Of a stretch of 64,000 nucleotides of DNA, positions 21,326-32,187 are shown piece by piece. Source of the stretch: Terrimesophilobacter sp. (lineage in GTDB: Bacteria; Actinomycetota; Actinomycetes; Actinomycetales; Microbacteriaceae). Every line of letters begins with the position of its first letter. The stretch's first letter is position 1. The notes beneath the pieces are model-generated. The model was not told where the DNA came from. It was given only the letters and a program-made list of their open reading frames with translations, and searched no databases. A program made the position numbers and the translations under genes. The stretch covers positions 217 to 64,216 of the forward strand of contig JBDSUT010000174.1 in NCBI GenBank assembly GCA_039927595.1. The letters are read 5' to 3'.

Positions 21326-22171
21326 TTAAATGCTGTAGTCGACGACGACGGGGGCGTGGTCAGACCATCGAGTATCCCAGGCGCTGGCCCGATCGACAGC
21401 GTAGTTTGTGACGGTTGCCGCAAGCGGTTCAGTGGCCATGTGGTAGTCGATGCGCCAACCAGTGTCGCTGTCGAAAGCCTGCCCGCGCTGTGACCACCAG
21501 GTGTAGGGGCCGTCAACCTCGCCTGCCCACTTTCGGCCCACATCCACCCAGCCGAGACCGGTCGCGGTGGAGCCGTCAGTGCACTCAATACTTTCGCCGT
21601 TCGGCCCAAAAAAGCGGTCGAAGTAGGCGCGCTCTTCAGGGAGAAAGCCCGCATTCTTGCGGTTGCCTTTCCAGTTGCGGATGTCCAGCTCACGGTGCCC
21701 AACATTCAGGTCACCGACGATGAGGGAAAGTTTGCTGTGCTCGGCAAGTTTCGGCAGGCGCTCGACCATGGCGTCGAGAAATTTGTACTTCTCAACTTGC
21801 TTGGGGGAGCCGACCTCACCGGAGTGCACGTAGGTGCTGACAACCGTGATCGTGCGGTCGCCAACCGAGTAGTCGGCTTCGAGCCAGCGCCCGGCGCTAT
21901 CGAAGTCGTCAGCCCCGAGCTCGACGCGGTGGGCGAGCGGCGCGGTGCGGCTTGCAAGCGCGACCCCTGCCCGACCCTTTGTGGTCGCGGCGTCGTGGAG
22001 AATGTGCCAGTCGCTGCCGAGTAGGCCCTCGACGTCCTCATCAGAGGCGCGTACCTCTTGCATGGCAAGAATGTCGATGTTCCGGGCCGCCAGCCACTCG
22101 CTCATGCCTTTGCGGTAGGAGGCACGGATGCCGTTGACGTTGACGGAGGCGATGCGAAGAGGCTGAGGCAC
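21326..22171 (-). CDS. xth: Exodeoxyribonuclease III
   Basis: SVNVNGIRA, MQEVR, GDLNVGH, YTWWS, GWRIDY, SDHAPV. Confidence 0.93.
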   Translation of the reverse strand: MPQPLRIASVNVNGIRASYRKGMSEWLAARNIDILAMQEVRASDEDVEGLLGSDWHILHDAATTKGRAGVALASRTAPLAHRVELGADDFDSAGRWLEADYSVGDRTITVVSTYVHSGEVGSPKQVEKYKFLDAMVERLPKLAEHSKLSLIVGDLNVGHRELDIRNWKGNRKNAGFLPEERAYFDRFFGPNGESIECTDGSTATGLGWVDVGRKWAGEVDGPYTWWSQRGQAFDSDTGWRIDYHMATEPLAATVTNYAVDRASAWDTRWSDHAPVVVDYSI

Positions 22172-22191
22172 CCCGCTAGTTTACCGTTGGG

Positions 22192-23277
22192 CTAAACAGA
22201 AGGCTTCTTCACACTCTTTTTCGCGGCCTTTTTTGCCGTACTTTTGCGCGCATTCACTCCGGGTTTTCTCCCGATCAGTCTTGCGAACCAACTTCGTTGC
22301 TGAAAGGCGAGTGCGGCGCGTTCCTCGTCTTCGCGTTCTCGCTGGAGACGTTCTTCCTCACGCCGTTCGGCAGCGATCTTCGGATCTGCTGCGAGACCGG
22401 CATCCGCCATGCCGACAGCGATCCAGCTTGCCCCGAGAAGAATGACCACGCACGTGAGGTTGAACCAGATCAGCAGACCGATGATAATGGCGAAGCTCGC
22501 GAGCAACGGATTGCGACCGGCGCCCCCAAGAAGGAACCCACCCAACACTTTAAGAACACCCAACGCGGCGGCACCCAGCACCGAACCGATGATGAGCCGT
22601 CGGAACGGAATCTTGAGCCCAGAGAGCGTGCGATATAAACCAGCGAGCACGACCGTGTCGAGAAGGAGCATCAGCAGGAGGCCAGAGATGCGCCCGAGTA
22701 CTGTCGAAGCTAAGGAGTCACCACTAAACCCAAGCCAGTCGAGTGTGAACTCCAGCGCCTGAGTGCTCAACACGGACAGCACCGAAGACAAGATGAGTGC
22801 GCCTCCAAAAGCGACCATCAGGCCAAAATCTTTGAGTTTCAGAAGAAAGAAGTTCAGGCGTTCACCAGGCAAGTCGAAGAGGGCACGCACGGCGTCGCGC
22901 GCAGACGCGAGCCACCCCACAGCGGTGAAGAGCAAACCGGCGGCAGCAATCGCACCCGTCCAGCCCAGTATTTCTACCCGCAAGAGGTCGTTGGGGTTGA
23001 TGACCCCGGTCACTCCACCCCACGTCACAAGGCCTGGAACGGATCGCGCAAGAGTCGAGAAAAAGGCATGGCTGAGGTCGGGATTATTTTTAAGAACGAG
23101 GCCGGCAGTCGCGAAACCCACCCATATTCCCGCGAAGACGGCAAAGATTGACTGAAAAGATAACCCGGCTGCAAGAAGAAATCCACGGTTATTCTGAAAG
23201 TGCAGAAACACCCGCACCGGCTGCAACGCGCTCACCCATGCGATTGCAGCCGTCACGGCCCCCGTGATGCGCTTCAC
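22192..23277 (-). CDS. YihY/BrkB family membrane protein
   Basis: Multi-TM; LAAGLSFQSIFA and IIIGLLIWFN segments; Lys-rich tail. Confidence 0.8.
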   Translation of the reverse strand: MKRITGAVTAAIAWVSALQPVRVFLHFQNNRGFLLAAGLSFQSIFAVFAGIWVGFATAGLVLKNNPDLSHAFFSTLARSVPGLVTWGGVTGVINPNDLLRVEILGWTGAIAAAGLLFTAVGWLASARDAVRALFDLPGERLNFFLLKLKDFGLMVAFGGALILSSVLSVLSTQALEFTLDWLGFSGDSLASTVLGRISGLLLMLLLDTVVLAGLYRTLSGLKIPFRRLIIGSVLGAAALGVLKVLGGFLLGGAGRNPLLASFAIIIGLLIWFNLTCVVILLGASWIAVGMADAGLAADPKIAAERREEERLQREREDEERAALAFQQRSWFARLIGRKPGVNARKSTAKKAAKKSVKKPSV

Positions 23278-23280
23278 CGC

Positions 23281-24045
23281 TTAGGGTTTGCCTCGCATGA
23301 TCGCCTGCTTTACCTCGGCGATCGCATGAGTGATCTGGATTCCTCGCGGGCATGCTTCTGTGCAGTTGAAGGTTGTGCGGCAGCGCCACACACCCTCTTT
23401 ATCGTTGAGGATGTCCATGCGCACCTGAGCGCCTTCGTCGCGCGAGTCGAAGATGAAGCGGTGTGCATTGACGATCGCGGCAGGCCCAAAGTACTGTCCG
23501 TCTGTCCAAAACACGGGGCAGCTTGAGGTGCACGCAGCACACAGGATGCATTTGGTGGTGTCGTCGTAGCGGGCGCGCTCCTCGGGGCTTTGCAGGCGCT
23601 CCTTGCCATCCTTTGGCTTGTTTGCGGCCATCAGGAACGGCTGAACTTCACGGAAGCTGTCGAAGAATGGCTCCATGTCTACGATGAGATCCTTCTCAAG
23701 CGGCAGGCCCTTGAGGGCTTCAACGTAGATGGGCTTGGAGACATCCAGGTCTTTCAGCAGGGTCTTGCACGCCAGGCGGTTTCGGCCGTTGATGCGCATG
23801 GCATCCGAGCCACACACGCCGTGCGCGCAGGAGCGGCGGAAGGCGAGCGATCCGTCAATTTCCCACTTGATCTTGTGCAGGGCGTCGAGCACGCGGTCGG
23901 TGCCGTGCATCTGGAGGTCGTAATCGACCCAGCGCGGCTCTTCATCGACCTCGGGGTCGAATCGGCGCACGATCATGGTCACCGTGAAGGTCGGAACAGC
24001 TGCGTGGGCAATCGGCCCACCCTGTGCAAGGGTCTCGGATGCCAT
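23281..24045 (-). CDS. sdhB: Succinate dehydrogenase iron-sulfur subunit
   Basis: RRSCAHGVCGSD, CILCAACTSSCP, CRTTFNCTEACP. Confidence 0.97.
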   Translation of the reverse strand: MASETLAQGGPIAHAAVPTFTVTMIVRRFDPEVDEEPRWVDYDLQMHGTDRVLDALHKIKWEIDGSLAFRRSCAHGVCGSDAMRINGRNRLACKTLLKDLDVSKPIYVEALKGLPLEKDLIVDMEPFFDSFREVQPFLMAANKPKDGKERLQSPEERARYDDTTKCILCAACTSSCPVFWTDGQYFGPAAIVNAHRFIFDSRDEGAQVRMDILNDKEGVWRCRTTFNCTEACPRGIQITHAIAEVKQAIMRGKP

Positions 24046-25844
24046 CAGTACTTTCTCTCCGTCGGCGGGTAATTCGTGACGACGACTGGTTTCCAGTCGA
24101 GCTTGATGTGATCGTCGGCGACCGCTGACTCTGAGTCGCCGGTAAGGTACGCCATGGTGTGCACCATGAGGTTCTTGTCGTCGCGCTCTGGGTAATCTTC
24201 GCGCATGTGAGCGCCACGACTTTCCTTGCGGTTGCGCGCGGAATAGACGACAACTTCGGCGAGGTCGAGCAGGAAGCCAAGTTCCACGGCCTCAAGGAGG
24301 TCGGTGTTGAAGCGCTTACCTTTGTCTTGAACCTGCACGTTTCGGTAGCGCACGCGAAGCTTCTTGATCAGGTCGCCGACCTCGCGCAGCGATTCATCGG
24401 TGCGGAACACTTGGGCGTTGCGGTCCATGGCGTCCTGCAGTTCCTTGCGGATGACAGCGATGCGCTCGCTCCCATCCCCACTGCGCACGTGGTCAAGCAG
24501 CGTGCGAACGCCAGCCGTGGGATCCTCGGGGAGGTCAACCCAGTCCGCGGTCTTGGCGTACTCGACCGCGTTGTTGCCTGCGCGCTTTCCGAACACGTTG
24601 ATGTCTAGGAGGGAGTTTGTTCCGAGTCGGTTGGATCCGTGCACACTCACGCAGGCACATTCCCCCGCCGCGAAGAGGCCATGAACCTTGTCGGTGTTGT
24701 TGCGCAACACTTCGGCGTTGTTGGTGGTCGGGATGCCACCCATGGCATAGTGCGCGGTGGGGAGCACGGGCACCGGCTCGGTGTACGGCTCCACGCCGAG
24801 GTAGGTGCGCGCGAACTCGGTGATATCTGGCAGTTTTGCATCGATCACGGCAGGCTCGAGGTGTGTGATGTCGAGGTAGACGTAGTCCTTGTATGGACCA
24901 GCACCACGGCCTTCCCGAATCTCGGTGGCCATGGAGCGCGCCACGATGTCACGTGGCGCGAGGTCCTTGATCGTCGGTGCGTAACGCTCCATGAACCTCT
25001 CACCCTCGCTGTTGCGAAGGATCGCACCCTCACCGCGTGCTGCCTCAGACAACAGGATGCCGAGGCCTGCGAGCCCGGTCGGGTGGAACTGGAAGAACTC
25101 CATGTCTTCAAGTGGCAAACCCTTGCGCCAGACAATTCCGACACCATCACCCGTGAGAGTGTGCGCGTTCGAGGTCGTCTTATAGATTTTTCCGAAGCCC
25201 CCCGTGGCAAACACGATGGACTTACCCTGGAACACGTGCAGGTCACCGGTGGCAAGCTCGTAGGCGACGACGCCCGCTGGTCGCTCGACACCGTCCACCG
25301 TGTTCATGATCAAGTCGAGAACGTAGAACTCGTTGAAGAAGTTGATGCCGTGCTTGACACAGTTCTGGTACAGAGTCTGCAGAATCATGTGTCCGGTGCG
25401 GTCGGCGGCGTAGCACGCGCGGCGCACCGGGGCTTTACCGTGTTCGCGGGTGTGCCCGCCGAAGCGACGCTGGTCGATGCGGCCTTCTGGCGTGCGGTTG
25501 AACGGCAAGCCCATGTTTTCGAGGTCGATGATCGCGTCGATGGCCTCTTTAGCGAGGATCTCCGCGGCATCCTGATCGACGAGGTAGTCGCCACCCTTGA
25601 CGGTGTCGTAGGTGTGCCACTCCCAGTTGTCTTCCTCGACGTTGGCGAGTGCTGCCGCCATGCCGCCCTGCGCCGCACCCGTGTGGGACCGCGTCGGGTA
25701 GAGCTTGGAAATTACCGCGGTGCTTGCCTTCGGTCCAGCCTCGATGGCAGCACGCATGCCTGCGCCACCCGCGCCCACGATGACCACGTCGTGCTTGTGG
25801 TAGTGAATTCCGTCAATGACTTCGCCCTGATCTGCCTTAGTCAT
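24045..25844 (-). CDS. sdhA: Succinate dehydrogenase flavoprotein subunit
   Basis: [16 protein letters not shown] (FAD-His), QFHPTG, HYAMGG, HGSNRLG. Start taken at ATG 25844. Confidence 0.97.
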   Translation of the reverse strand: MTKADQGEVIDGIHYHKHDVVIVGAGGAGMRAAIEAGPKASTAVISKLYPTRSHTGAAQGGMAAALANVEEDNWEWHTYDTVKGGDYLVDQDAAEILAKEAIDAIIDLENMGLPFNRTPEGRIDQRRFGGHTREHGKAPVRRACYAADRTGHMILQTLYQNCVKHGINFFNEFYVLDLIMNTVDGVERPAGVVAYELATGDLHVFQGKSIVFATGGFGKIYKTTSNAHTLTGDGVGIVWRKGLPLEDMEFFQFHPTGLAGLGILLSEAARGEGAILRNSEGERFMERYAPTIKDLAPRDIVARSMATEIREGRGAGPYKDYVYLDITHLEPAVIDAKLPDITEFARTYLGVEPYTEPVPVLPTAHYAMGGIPTTNNAEVLRNNTDKVHGLFAAGECACVSVHGSNRLGTNSLLDINVFGKRAGNNAVEYAKTADWVDLPEDPTAGVRTLLDHVRSGDGSERIAVIRKELQDAMDRNAQVFRTDESLREVGDLIKKLRVRYRNVQVQDKGKRFNTDLLEAVELGFLLDLAEVVVYSARNRKESRGAHMREDYPERDDKNLMVHTMAYLTGDSESAVADDHIKLDWKPVVVTNYPPTERKY

Positions 25845-25846
25845 GA

Positions 25847-26293
25847 TTAACCACCCGTGCAAACGGAGGGGAGCAGGTTAGCTGCCGTGCCAGCGGGGCA
25901 TGGATCGAAGGTGTAAATCACGAGTGTTCCCAGTATCAGTAGTACGACGGTGGCGACGAGGATGCCGCCCTTGAGGATGACCCCGACGAGCCGGTTGTGC
26001 GCGTAGTCGTTGGTGATGGTGCGCATACCGTTCGCGCCATGGATGAGGGCGAGCCAGAGTAGCAGGGTGTCCCACACCATCCAGAACGGATTGGCGAGCT
26101 TGCCAGCGACAAACGCGAAGTCGAGGCCCTTGACGCCCTCGCCGAGCATGAGGTTGACGAAGAGGTGACCGAAGATCAGTACGACGAGCACAACTCCGCT
26201 CAGCCGCATGTAGATCCAGCCCCACTTTTCCCAGTTGATTCCGCGACGGCGAACGCCGCGCTGGGAGCGGGGGGCTTCAATGGTGACAGTCAT
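25847..26293 (-). CDS. sdhD: Succinate dehydrogenase hydrophobic anchor subunit
   Basis: [18 protein letters not shown]; position in the operon. Confidence 0.92.
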   Translation of the reverse strand: MTVTIEAPRSQRGVRRRGINWEKWGWIYMRLSGVVLVVLIFGHLFVNLMLGEGVKGLDFAFVAGKLANPFWMVWDTLLLWLALIHGANGMRTITNDYAHNRLVGVILKGGILVATVVLLILGTLVIYTFDPCPAGTAANLLPSVCTGG

Positions 26294-26298
26294 GGCGC

Positions 26299-26754
26299 TC
26301 ACTCCCCAAAGACGTGCATGAGGTGCCGAGGCACGAATCCGATAAGAAGAATGACCCAAAGAATCCACACGATCCACTGCAGGAGTTTCTGATGCTTGGT
26401 TCCCCAGGCCCAGAAGTCAACGAGGATGATGCGAAGACCGTTGAGTGCGTGTAGGCCGATCGCGGCAACGAGGGCGACTTCGCCGAGCCCCATGATCGGG
26501 TTCTTGTAGGTGCCGATCACCGCGTTGTAGGCCTCAGGGCTCACGCGCACGAGAGCCGTGTCGAGGATGTGCACGAGCAGGAAGAAGAAGATGCCGACAC
26601 CGGTGATCCGGTTCAACACCCACGACCACATGCCAGGGTCGCCCCGGTAGACGGTTCCCACGGGAGCTTTTGGTTTCTTAAATTTGGGGAGTGGATACCG
26701 GCCCTGTGGGGCCGGATTCGTCAACGTTCCCGTCGATTTGCCTGGCACGACCAA
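26299..26754 (-). CDS. sdhC: Succinate dehydrogenase cytochrome b556 subunit
   Basis: YRGDPGMWSW, RITG, HALNGLRIIL; start uncertain. Confidence 0.92.
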   Translation of the reverse strand: MVVPGKSTGTLTNPAPQGRYPLPKFKKPKAPVGTVYRGDPGMWSWVLNRITGVGIFFFLLVHILDTALVRVSPEAYNAVIGTYKNPIMGLGEVALVAAIGLHALNGLRIILVDFWAWGTKHQKLLQWIVWILWVILLIGFVPRHLMHVFGE

Positions 26755-26846
26755 CCTTCCTGCCGATGTGCATAATCGTGAAAAATGCTACGCGTTCGCA
26801 GCACGCTCTCACCCATCCTATTCCCGCGTTCGCTAGTCTGAGCGAC

Positions 26847-27968
26847 ATGGCCAATAGACCTGAAGGCCTCGACCGTTTCTACAGCGTTATCCCTGCTGGG
26901 GGTATTGGTTCTCGCCTGTGGCCGCTCTCGAGGGCCGATGCTCCCAAATTCCTTCACGACCTCACTGGGTCGGGAAAGACGCTGTTGCGTGCAACGTGGG
27001 AGAGGCTTGAGCCACTTTCTGGCGCAGAACGCATCATGGTGGTCACCGGTCGCGCCCACAGAGCTGCTGTTGAGGAACAGTTGCCTGAGCTCATCGACCG
27101 CAACGTTGTGCTCGAGAGTGAGCCAAAAGATTCGTCCGCCGCGATCGGGCTTGCCGCCGCAATTCTGATGCGTCGTGAACCGGATGTCATCATCGGATCG
27201 TTTGCCGCCGACCACGTGATTAGTGACATCCGAGGGTTCCATCGCGCGGTGACCGAGGCAGTGGTGGCGGCGGACGCCGGTTACATTGCCACGATCGGGA
27301 TCACTCCGACCGAACCGGCAATCGGGTTCGGTTATATCCATTGCAATGGACCTCTCGGAATTTCTGGTGCACCCGGTGCTGTGGGTGCTGACCGTTTTGT
27401 CGAGAAGCCGAGCGCTGAGGTTGCAAAAAAATATCTCGCGGACGGCAACTATCTTTGGAACGCGGGCATGTTTATCTCCCGAGCAGACCTCCTGCTCGAG
27501 CAGCTTGGACAAAGTCAACCGGATTTGCTTGCGGGCCTTCTGGAGCTGGCTGAAGCGTGGGATACGGATCGCCGCGGTGCTGTCGTCGACCAGGTGTGGC
27601 CGAGGCTTGCAAAGATCGCGATCGATTACACGGTGGCCGAGCCAGCAGCGCTCGCGGGAAAGTTGGCCGTTGTTCCGGGGGCTTTCGACTGGGACGATGT
27701 GGGCGATTTTGCTGCCATTGCGAAAATTCATGCCGGTGGGCGAAAGTCAGATCTTGCAATTTTGGGTGAGGGTGCCCGGGTTTTGGCTGACGCTTCCAGC
27801 GGACTTGTCATCAGCCAGACGGGCCGACTGATCTCACTTATCGGTGTCCAGGACATCGTTGTGGTCGACACTCCTGATGCTCTTCTGGTGACCACAAGCG
27901 CGAATGCGCAGAGAGTGAAAGCGGTTGTCGATGCGCTTAAGGTCTCTGGACGTGGCGACATCCTCTGA
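26847..27968 (+). CDS. manC: Mannose-1-phosphate guanylyltransferase
   Basis: IPAGGIGSRLWPLSR, ADH, FVEKP, WNAGMF, WDDVG. ATG 26847 is preceded by TAGTCT. Confidence 0.9.
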   Translation: MANRPEGLDRFYSVIPAGGIGSRLWPLSRADAPKFLHDLTGSGKTLLRATWERLEPLSGAERIMVVTGRAHRAAVEEQLPELIDRNVVLESEPKDSSAAIGLAAAILMRREPDVIIGSFAADHVISDIRGFHRAVTEAVVAADAGYIATIGITPTEPAIGFGYIHCNGPLGISGAPGAVGADRFVEKPSAEVAKKYLADGNYLWNAGMFISRADLLLEQLGQSQPDLLAGLLELAEAWDTDRRGAVVDQVWPRLAKIAIDYTVAEPAALAGKLAVVPGAFDWDDVGDFAAIAKIHAGGRKSDLAILGEGARVLADASSGLVISQTGRLISLIGVQDIVVVDTPDALLVTTSANAQRVKAVVDALKVSGRGDIL

Positions 27969-28109
27969 TCAGCGAAAACTCTGCGGTTGCAGCTTGGTAA
28001 CCTTTGCGATTTGAAATGCCATAACAGTTGTCATGTGGCTCGTAACATTAGGTAACCTGTACGGATATGGCCGTGACGCCCATGTCGCGGCAGCACCTTG
28101 GAGGACACC

Positions 28110-29195
28110 TTGAGAATTACCTCGCGAAAGTCCGCTCTCAGCGGACTGGCGTTAATCGGAATCAGCACTCTGTTGCTTGCCGGCTGCGCCCCAGCACCAG
28201 AGACGCCAGGCGGAACGGATTCGCCTGCTGCGTCTGACTTCAAGCCATGCATGGTCTCTGACTCTGGTGGATTCGACGACAAGTCGTTCAACCAGGTTGG
28301 TAAAGAGGGACTCGACTCGGCTGCCAAAGACCTGGGTGTCAAGGCCAACGCTGTTGAGTCAAAGGCCGAGACCGACTACGCCAGCAACATCACCAACCTT
28401 GTTAACGATGGCTGCAACATCATCGTCACCGTAGGCTTCCTGCTCGCAGATGCCACGAAGGCCGCTGCGGAAGCAAACCCAGACATCAACTTTGCAATCA
28501 TCGATGACAGCGGAATTAGCCTTCCGAATGTCAAGCCGATCGTCTTCGACACCGCGCAGGCCGCTTTCCTTGCGGGCTACGCAGCAGCGAGCTACACGAA
28601 GTCCGGCATTGTCGGTACCTTCGGTGGCATCCCGATTCCGCCCGTCACCATCTTCATGGATGGTTTCGTTGACGGTGTCAACTACTACAACGAGCAGAAC
28701 GGTACGAGTGTTGTTGCACTCGGCTGGGATGTGGCAAAGCAGGATGGCGCGTTCACCGGTGGCTTCGACGCCAACGACACCGCAAAGTCCACCGCTCAGA
28801 ACCTGATCGATCAGGGTGCTGACGTGATCTTGCCGTGTGGTGGCCCCATCTACAAGAGCGCTGCACAGGCGATCAAGGACTCGGGCAAGGACATTGCGCT
28901 CATCGGTGTTGACGCCGACGTCACGCAGACCGACCCTGCCATTGCTGACATCCTGCTCACCTCGATCATGAAGGGCATCGCCGTTGGCGTGTCCGACGTG
29001 GTCAAGGCCAGCGCCGAAGGCAAGTTCGACAACAGCCCGTTTGTTGGCACGCTTGCAAACGGTGGCGTCGGCATTGCGCCGTTCCACTCCTTCGAGGGAA
29101 AGGTTGACCCGAAACTTCAGGGCCAGCTCGACGCCTTGAAAGCTGACATCATCAGCGGCAAGGTTAAGGTCGAATCGCCTTCATCCCCGAAGTAG
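28110..29195 (+). CDS. BMP family nucleoside-binding lipoprotein
   Basis: GGAGG RBS then TTG at 28110; lipobox LLAG-C; GGFDDKSFNQ, AAFLAGYAAA, IGVDAD. Confidence 0.92.
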   Translation: MRITSRKSALSGLALIGISTLLLAGCAPAPETPGGTDSPAASDFKPCMVSDSGGFDDKSFNQVGKEGLDSAAKDLGVKANAVESKAETDYASNITNLVNDGCNIIVTVGFLLADATKAAAEANPDINFAIIDDSGISLPNVKPIVFDTAQAAFLAGYAAASYTKSGIVGTFGGIPIPPVTIFMDGFVDGVNYYNEQNGTSVVALGWDVAKQDGAFTGGFDANDTAKSTAQNLIDQGADVILPCGGPIYKSAAQAIKDSGKDIALIGVDADVTQTDPAIADILLTSIMKGIAVGVSDVVKASAEGKFDNSPFVGTLANGGVGIAPFHSFEGKVDPKLQGQLDALKADIISGKVKVESPSSPK

Positions 29196-29213
29196 GGTGA
29201 CGGCAACACAGTA

Positions 29214-29252
29214 GAGCTCGGGGGGACCAGCGACATTGGTCCCCCCGAGTTC
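29214..29252 (+). terminator. Strong intergenic hairpin after the BMP gene (attenuating terminator or mRNA stabiliser)
   Basis: GAGCTCGGGGGGACCA-GCGACAT-TGGTCCCCCCGAGTTC: 16-bp stem with one G-U pair, followed by a weakly T-rich tail. Confidence 0.75.
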
Positions 29253-29323
29253 GTTGTAGTCTTCCCTCTTAGCCCCGAGTATTTTCTGGCAGCGCTGCCG
29301 GATGGACAGGATTGTGAAGAACC

Positions 29324-30838
29324 ATGAAGCTCGAACTTCGCGGAATCACGAAAAGGTTTGGCAGTCTGGTCGCTAATGACCACATCGACCTGGTCGTTGA
29401 AGCTGGCGAGATCCATTGCCTTTTGTGTGAGAACGGCGCGGGTAAATCCACGCTGATGAACGTGCTTTATGGCCTTTATAAAGCGGACGAGGGCCAGATC
29501 CTTCTTGACGACAAAGTTCAGAATTTTTCCGGTCCTGGTGACGCGATGGCGGCCGGAATCGGAATGGTCCATCAGCACTTCATGCTCATTCCTGTCTTCA
29601 CTGTTGCGGAGAACGTCATGCTTGGGCACGAGCCCACATCTTTCGGTGGCCGGTTGAACCTCGCTAAGGCGCGCGAGCAGGTGCGCGAAATTTCTGCGCG
29701 GTTTGGATTCGATCTTGACCCCGATGCGCTGGTCGAAGACCTTCCCGTCGGTGTGCAGCAACGTGTTGAGATCATCAAGGCTCTGTCTCGGGATGCAAAG
29801 GTGCTCGTCTTCGACGAGCCGACCGCTGTGCTCACTCCCCAGGAAACAGACGAGCTCATGCTCATCATGAAGCAGTTGCGCGATGGCGGAACATCGATAG
29901 TTTTCATCACCCACAAATTGCGTGAGGTGCGCGAAGTGGCCGACAAGATCACTGTTATCCGACTCGGAAAGGTAGTCGGTGAGGCCTCCCCGACCGCAAG
30001 CAACACCGAAATGGCATCGATGATGGTCGGCCGCGCGGTTGACCTTAAGATCCACAAAGACGAGGCAAAGCCAGGCGCGCCGGCTCTTGTCGTCGACAAC
30101 CTCAGCGTGATCGACCCCGTCGGGCAGCTCGTCGTCAATAGGGTCAGTTTCGATGTGAAGGCTGGCGAGATTGTCGCAATTGCCGGAGTGCAAGGCAACG
30201 GTCAGACGGAATTGGTGGAAGCGATCATGGGGCTCCAGCACAATGTGACAGTGAGCATTAGCCTCGACGGTGAGTCGCTCGTGGGCTTGAGTGTTCGCAA
30301 GATACTGGACGCTGGTGTTGGTTTTGTTCCAGAGGACCGTAATGAAGACGGGTTGGTTTCTGAGTTCTCGGTCGCCGAAAACCTCATGCTTGACCGCGCA
30401 AACGGCGAACCTTTTGCGCGGCACGGCAACTTGCAACTCAACAATCTTGCAGAGTTTGCCGAAGAAAAATTGACGGAGTTCGACATCCGCGCTCAGGGGA
30501 TCGGCACCCTCGCTGGCGAGCTCTCCGGGGGTAACCAACAAAAAGTGGTACTCGCAAGAGAGATGAGCCGCGAACTGCACCTTCTCCTTGCCGCGCAGCC
30601 CACTCGTGGGCTGGATGTCGGGTCCGTTGAGTTTGTCCACACTCGAATTGTGGAAGCCAGAGACAAAGGAATTCCTGTTCTTGTGGTTTCGACAGAGCTC
30701 GACGAGGTAGATGCCTTGGCTGATCGCATCGTGGTGATGTATCGGGGAGGAATTGTGGGCATTGTGCCCGGAGACACCCCACGAGATGTTCTTGGCCTCA
30801 TGATGGCCGGCGAGACCCCCGGAGGAAAGGCAGCATGA
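29324..30838 (+). CDS. Nucleoside ABC transporter ATP-binding protein (two NBDs)
   Basis: (C)ENGAGKSTL, MVHQHF, FDEPTAVL, LSGGNQQK, QPTRGLD. Confidence 0.93.
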   Translation: MKLELRGITKRFGSLVANDHIDLVVEAGEIHCLLCENGAGKSTLMNVLYGLYKADEGQILLDDKVQNFSGPGDAMAAGIGMVHQHFMLIPVFTVAENVMLGHEPTSFGGRLNLAKAREQVREISARFGFDLDPDALVEDLPVGVQQRVEIIKALSRDAKVLVFDEPTAVLTPQETDELMLIMKQLRDGGTSIVFITHKLREVREVADKITVIRLGKVVGEASPTASNTEMASMMVGRAVDLKIHKDEAKPGAPALVVDNLSVIDPVGQLVVNRVSFDVKAGEIVAIAGVQGNGQTELVEAIMGLQHNVTVSISLDGESLVGLSVRKILDAGVGFVPEDRNEDGLVSEFSVAENLMLDRANGEPFARHGNLQLNNLAEFAEEKLTEFDIRAQGIGTLAGELSGGNQQKVVLAREMSRELHLLLAAQPTRGLDVGSVEFVHTRIVEARDKGIPVLVVSTELDEVDALADRIVVMYRGGIVGIVPGDTPRDVLGLMMAGETPGGKAA

Positions 30839-32187
30839 CCGATCACAAAGGGCCGGGCGAAAGCCAGCTCCCCAAGGTGAGTATGGAGCCACAACTTTCT
30901 GCGTCTCTCGAACCGGGTCAGGGAGATTTCGAGAACCCAGAAGTGGGTAAGAACTCTGCGGGCATCGAAGAGTCAGGACGTTTTTCTGCCGCCATGCGAG
31001 AGATTCTCTCCGGCAGCGCACTGATGTCTGTTCTCGCGGTACTGCTGGCGCTCGCGATCGGCGGAATCCTGATCGCCGTGACGGACACTCGTGTGCAAGA
31101 AGCCGCAGCCTACTTCTTCTCGAAGCCAGGGGATATGTTTTTCGCCATCTGGGAATCCGTCTCAGGCGCTTATATAGCTCTGTTCCAAGGGTCGATCTAC
31201 AACTTCCGCCGACCAGGGTTCGAGAACGGCATTAGACCGCTGTTCGATACCCTGACCTTCGCGACTCCACTGATCGTTGCCGGACTTGGAGTCGCGCTTG
31301 GATTCCGCGCTGGACTTTTCAACATTGGTGGCCGCGGGCAGATGCTGTTCGGTGCCGCTGCCGCTGGCTGGGTCGCGTTTTCGTTTCCGCTACCGTTTGG
31401 AATTCACCTCTTTCTCGCCCTCGTCGCGGGTGTTGCCGCGGGTGCAATATGGGGTGGCATCGCTGGGCTTTTGAAAGCACGCACCGGTGCGCACGAGGTG
31501 ATCACCACGATCATGCTCAACTATGTGGCGTACTACTTCGTGTATTGGATGTTGAGCACTCCCGGACTTTTGCAGGCGCCTGGGTCGAACAACCCGAAGA
31601 CGCCGGCAATGATGGAGACCGCTGTGCTTCCGCCACTGTTTGGGCCGAAGTTTACGCTCCACTGGGGCTTCATCATCGCCATCGGAGCGACCTTCTTCGT
31701 GTGGTGGCTTCTTAACCGTTCGACGCTCGGATTTCAGTTCAAAGCGGTTGGTTTCAATCCCAATGCTGCGCGAGTTGCCGGTATCAACGTGAACCGAATG
31801 TTCACCTATGTGATGTTGTTCTCTGGTGCACTCGTGGGACTCGCTGGGGTATTTCAGGTGTTGGGTACGGTGAAGACCGGATTCAGCGCAGGAATTGATG
31901 CCGGAATTGGATTCGATGCCATTACTGTTGCGTTGCTTGGTCGATCAAAACCGTGGGGTGTATTTTCGGCGGGAATCTTGTTTGGGGCGTTCAAGGCTGG
32001 CGGCTTCACCATGCAAGCTTCGCAAGGTGTCCCGATCGACATCGTGCTCGTTGTCCAATCGATGATCGTTCTGTTCATTGCGGCGCCACCGCTCGTGCGC
32101 GCGATCTTCCGGTTGCCGGCTCCGAATATCTTGGGGACCGCGCGATCGTTGAAGCTTCAGGGTAAGAAGGCGGTGGTGTCCAAATGA
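30835..32187 (+). CDS. Nucleoside ABC transporter permease
   Basis: FRAGLFNIGGRGQ, HEVITTIMLNY, GFDAITVALLG. Confidence 0.92.
   Translation: MTDHKGPGESQLPKVSMEPQLSASLEPGQGDFENPEVGKNSAGIEESGRFSAAMREILSGSALMSVLAVLLALAIGGILIAVTDTRVQEAAAYFFSKPGDMFFAIWESVSGAYIALFQGSIYNFRRPGFENGIRPLFDTLTFATPLIVAGLGVALGFRAGLFNIGGRGQMLFGAAAAGWVAFSFPLPFGIHLFLALVAGVAAGAIWGGIAGLLKARTGAHEVITTIMLNYVAYYFVYWMLSTPGLLQAPGSNNPKTPAMMETAVLPPLFGPKFTLHWGFIIAIGATFFVWWLLNRSTLGFQFKAVGFNPNAARVAGINVNRMFTYVMLFSGALVGLAGVFQVLGTVKTGFSAGIDAGIGFDAITVALLGRSKPWGVFSAGILFGAFKAGGFTMQASQGVPIDIVLVVQSMIVLFIAAPPLVRAIFRLPAPNILGTARSLKLQGKKAVVSK

Noticed and set aside
27996-28091. Two GGTAACCT copies and a small hairpin upstream of the BMP gene, as an operator or purine riboswitch
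   Set aside because: The second copy is explained as a -10 box (TAACCT); no recognisable riboswitch consensus; too short to support.
29117-31021. 634 aa antisense ORF, and similar long shadow ORFs (24639-25850, 13511-14626, 26721-27731)
   Set aside because: They lie opposite well-supported genes and have no motifs; expected from high-GC codon bias.
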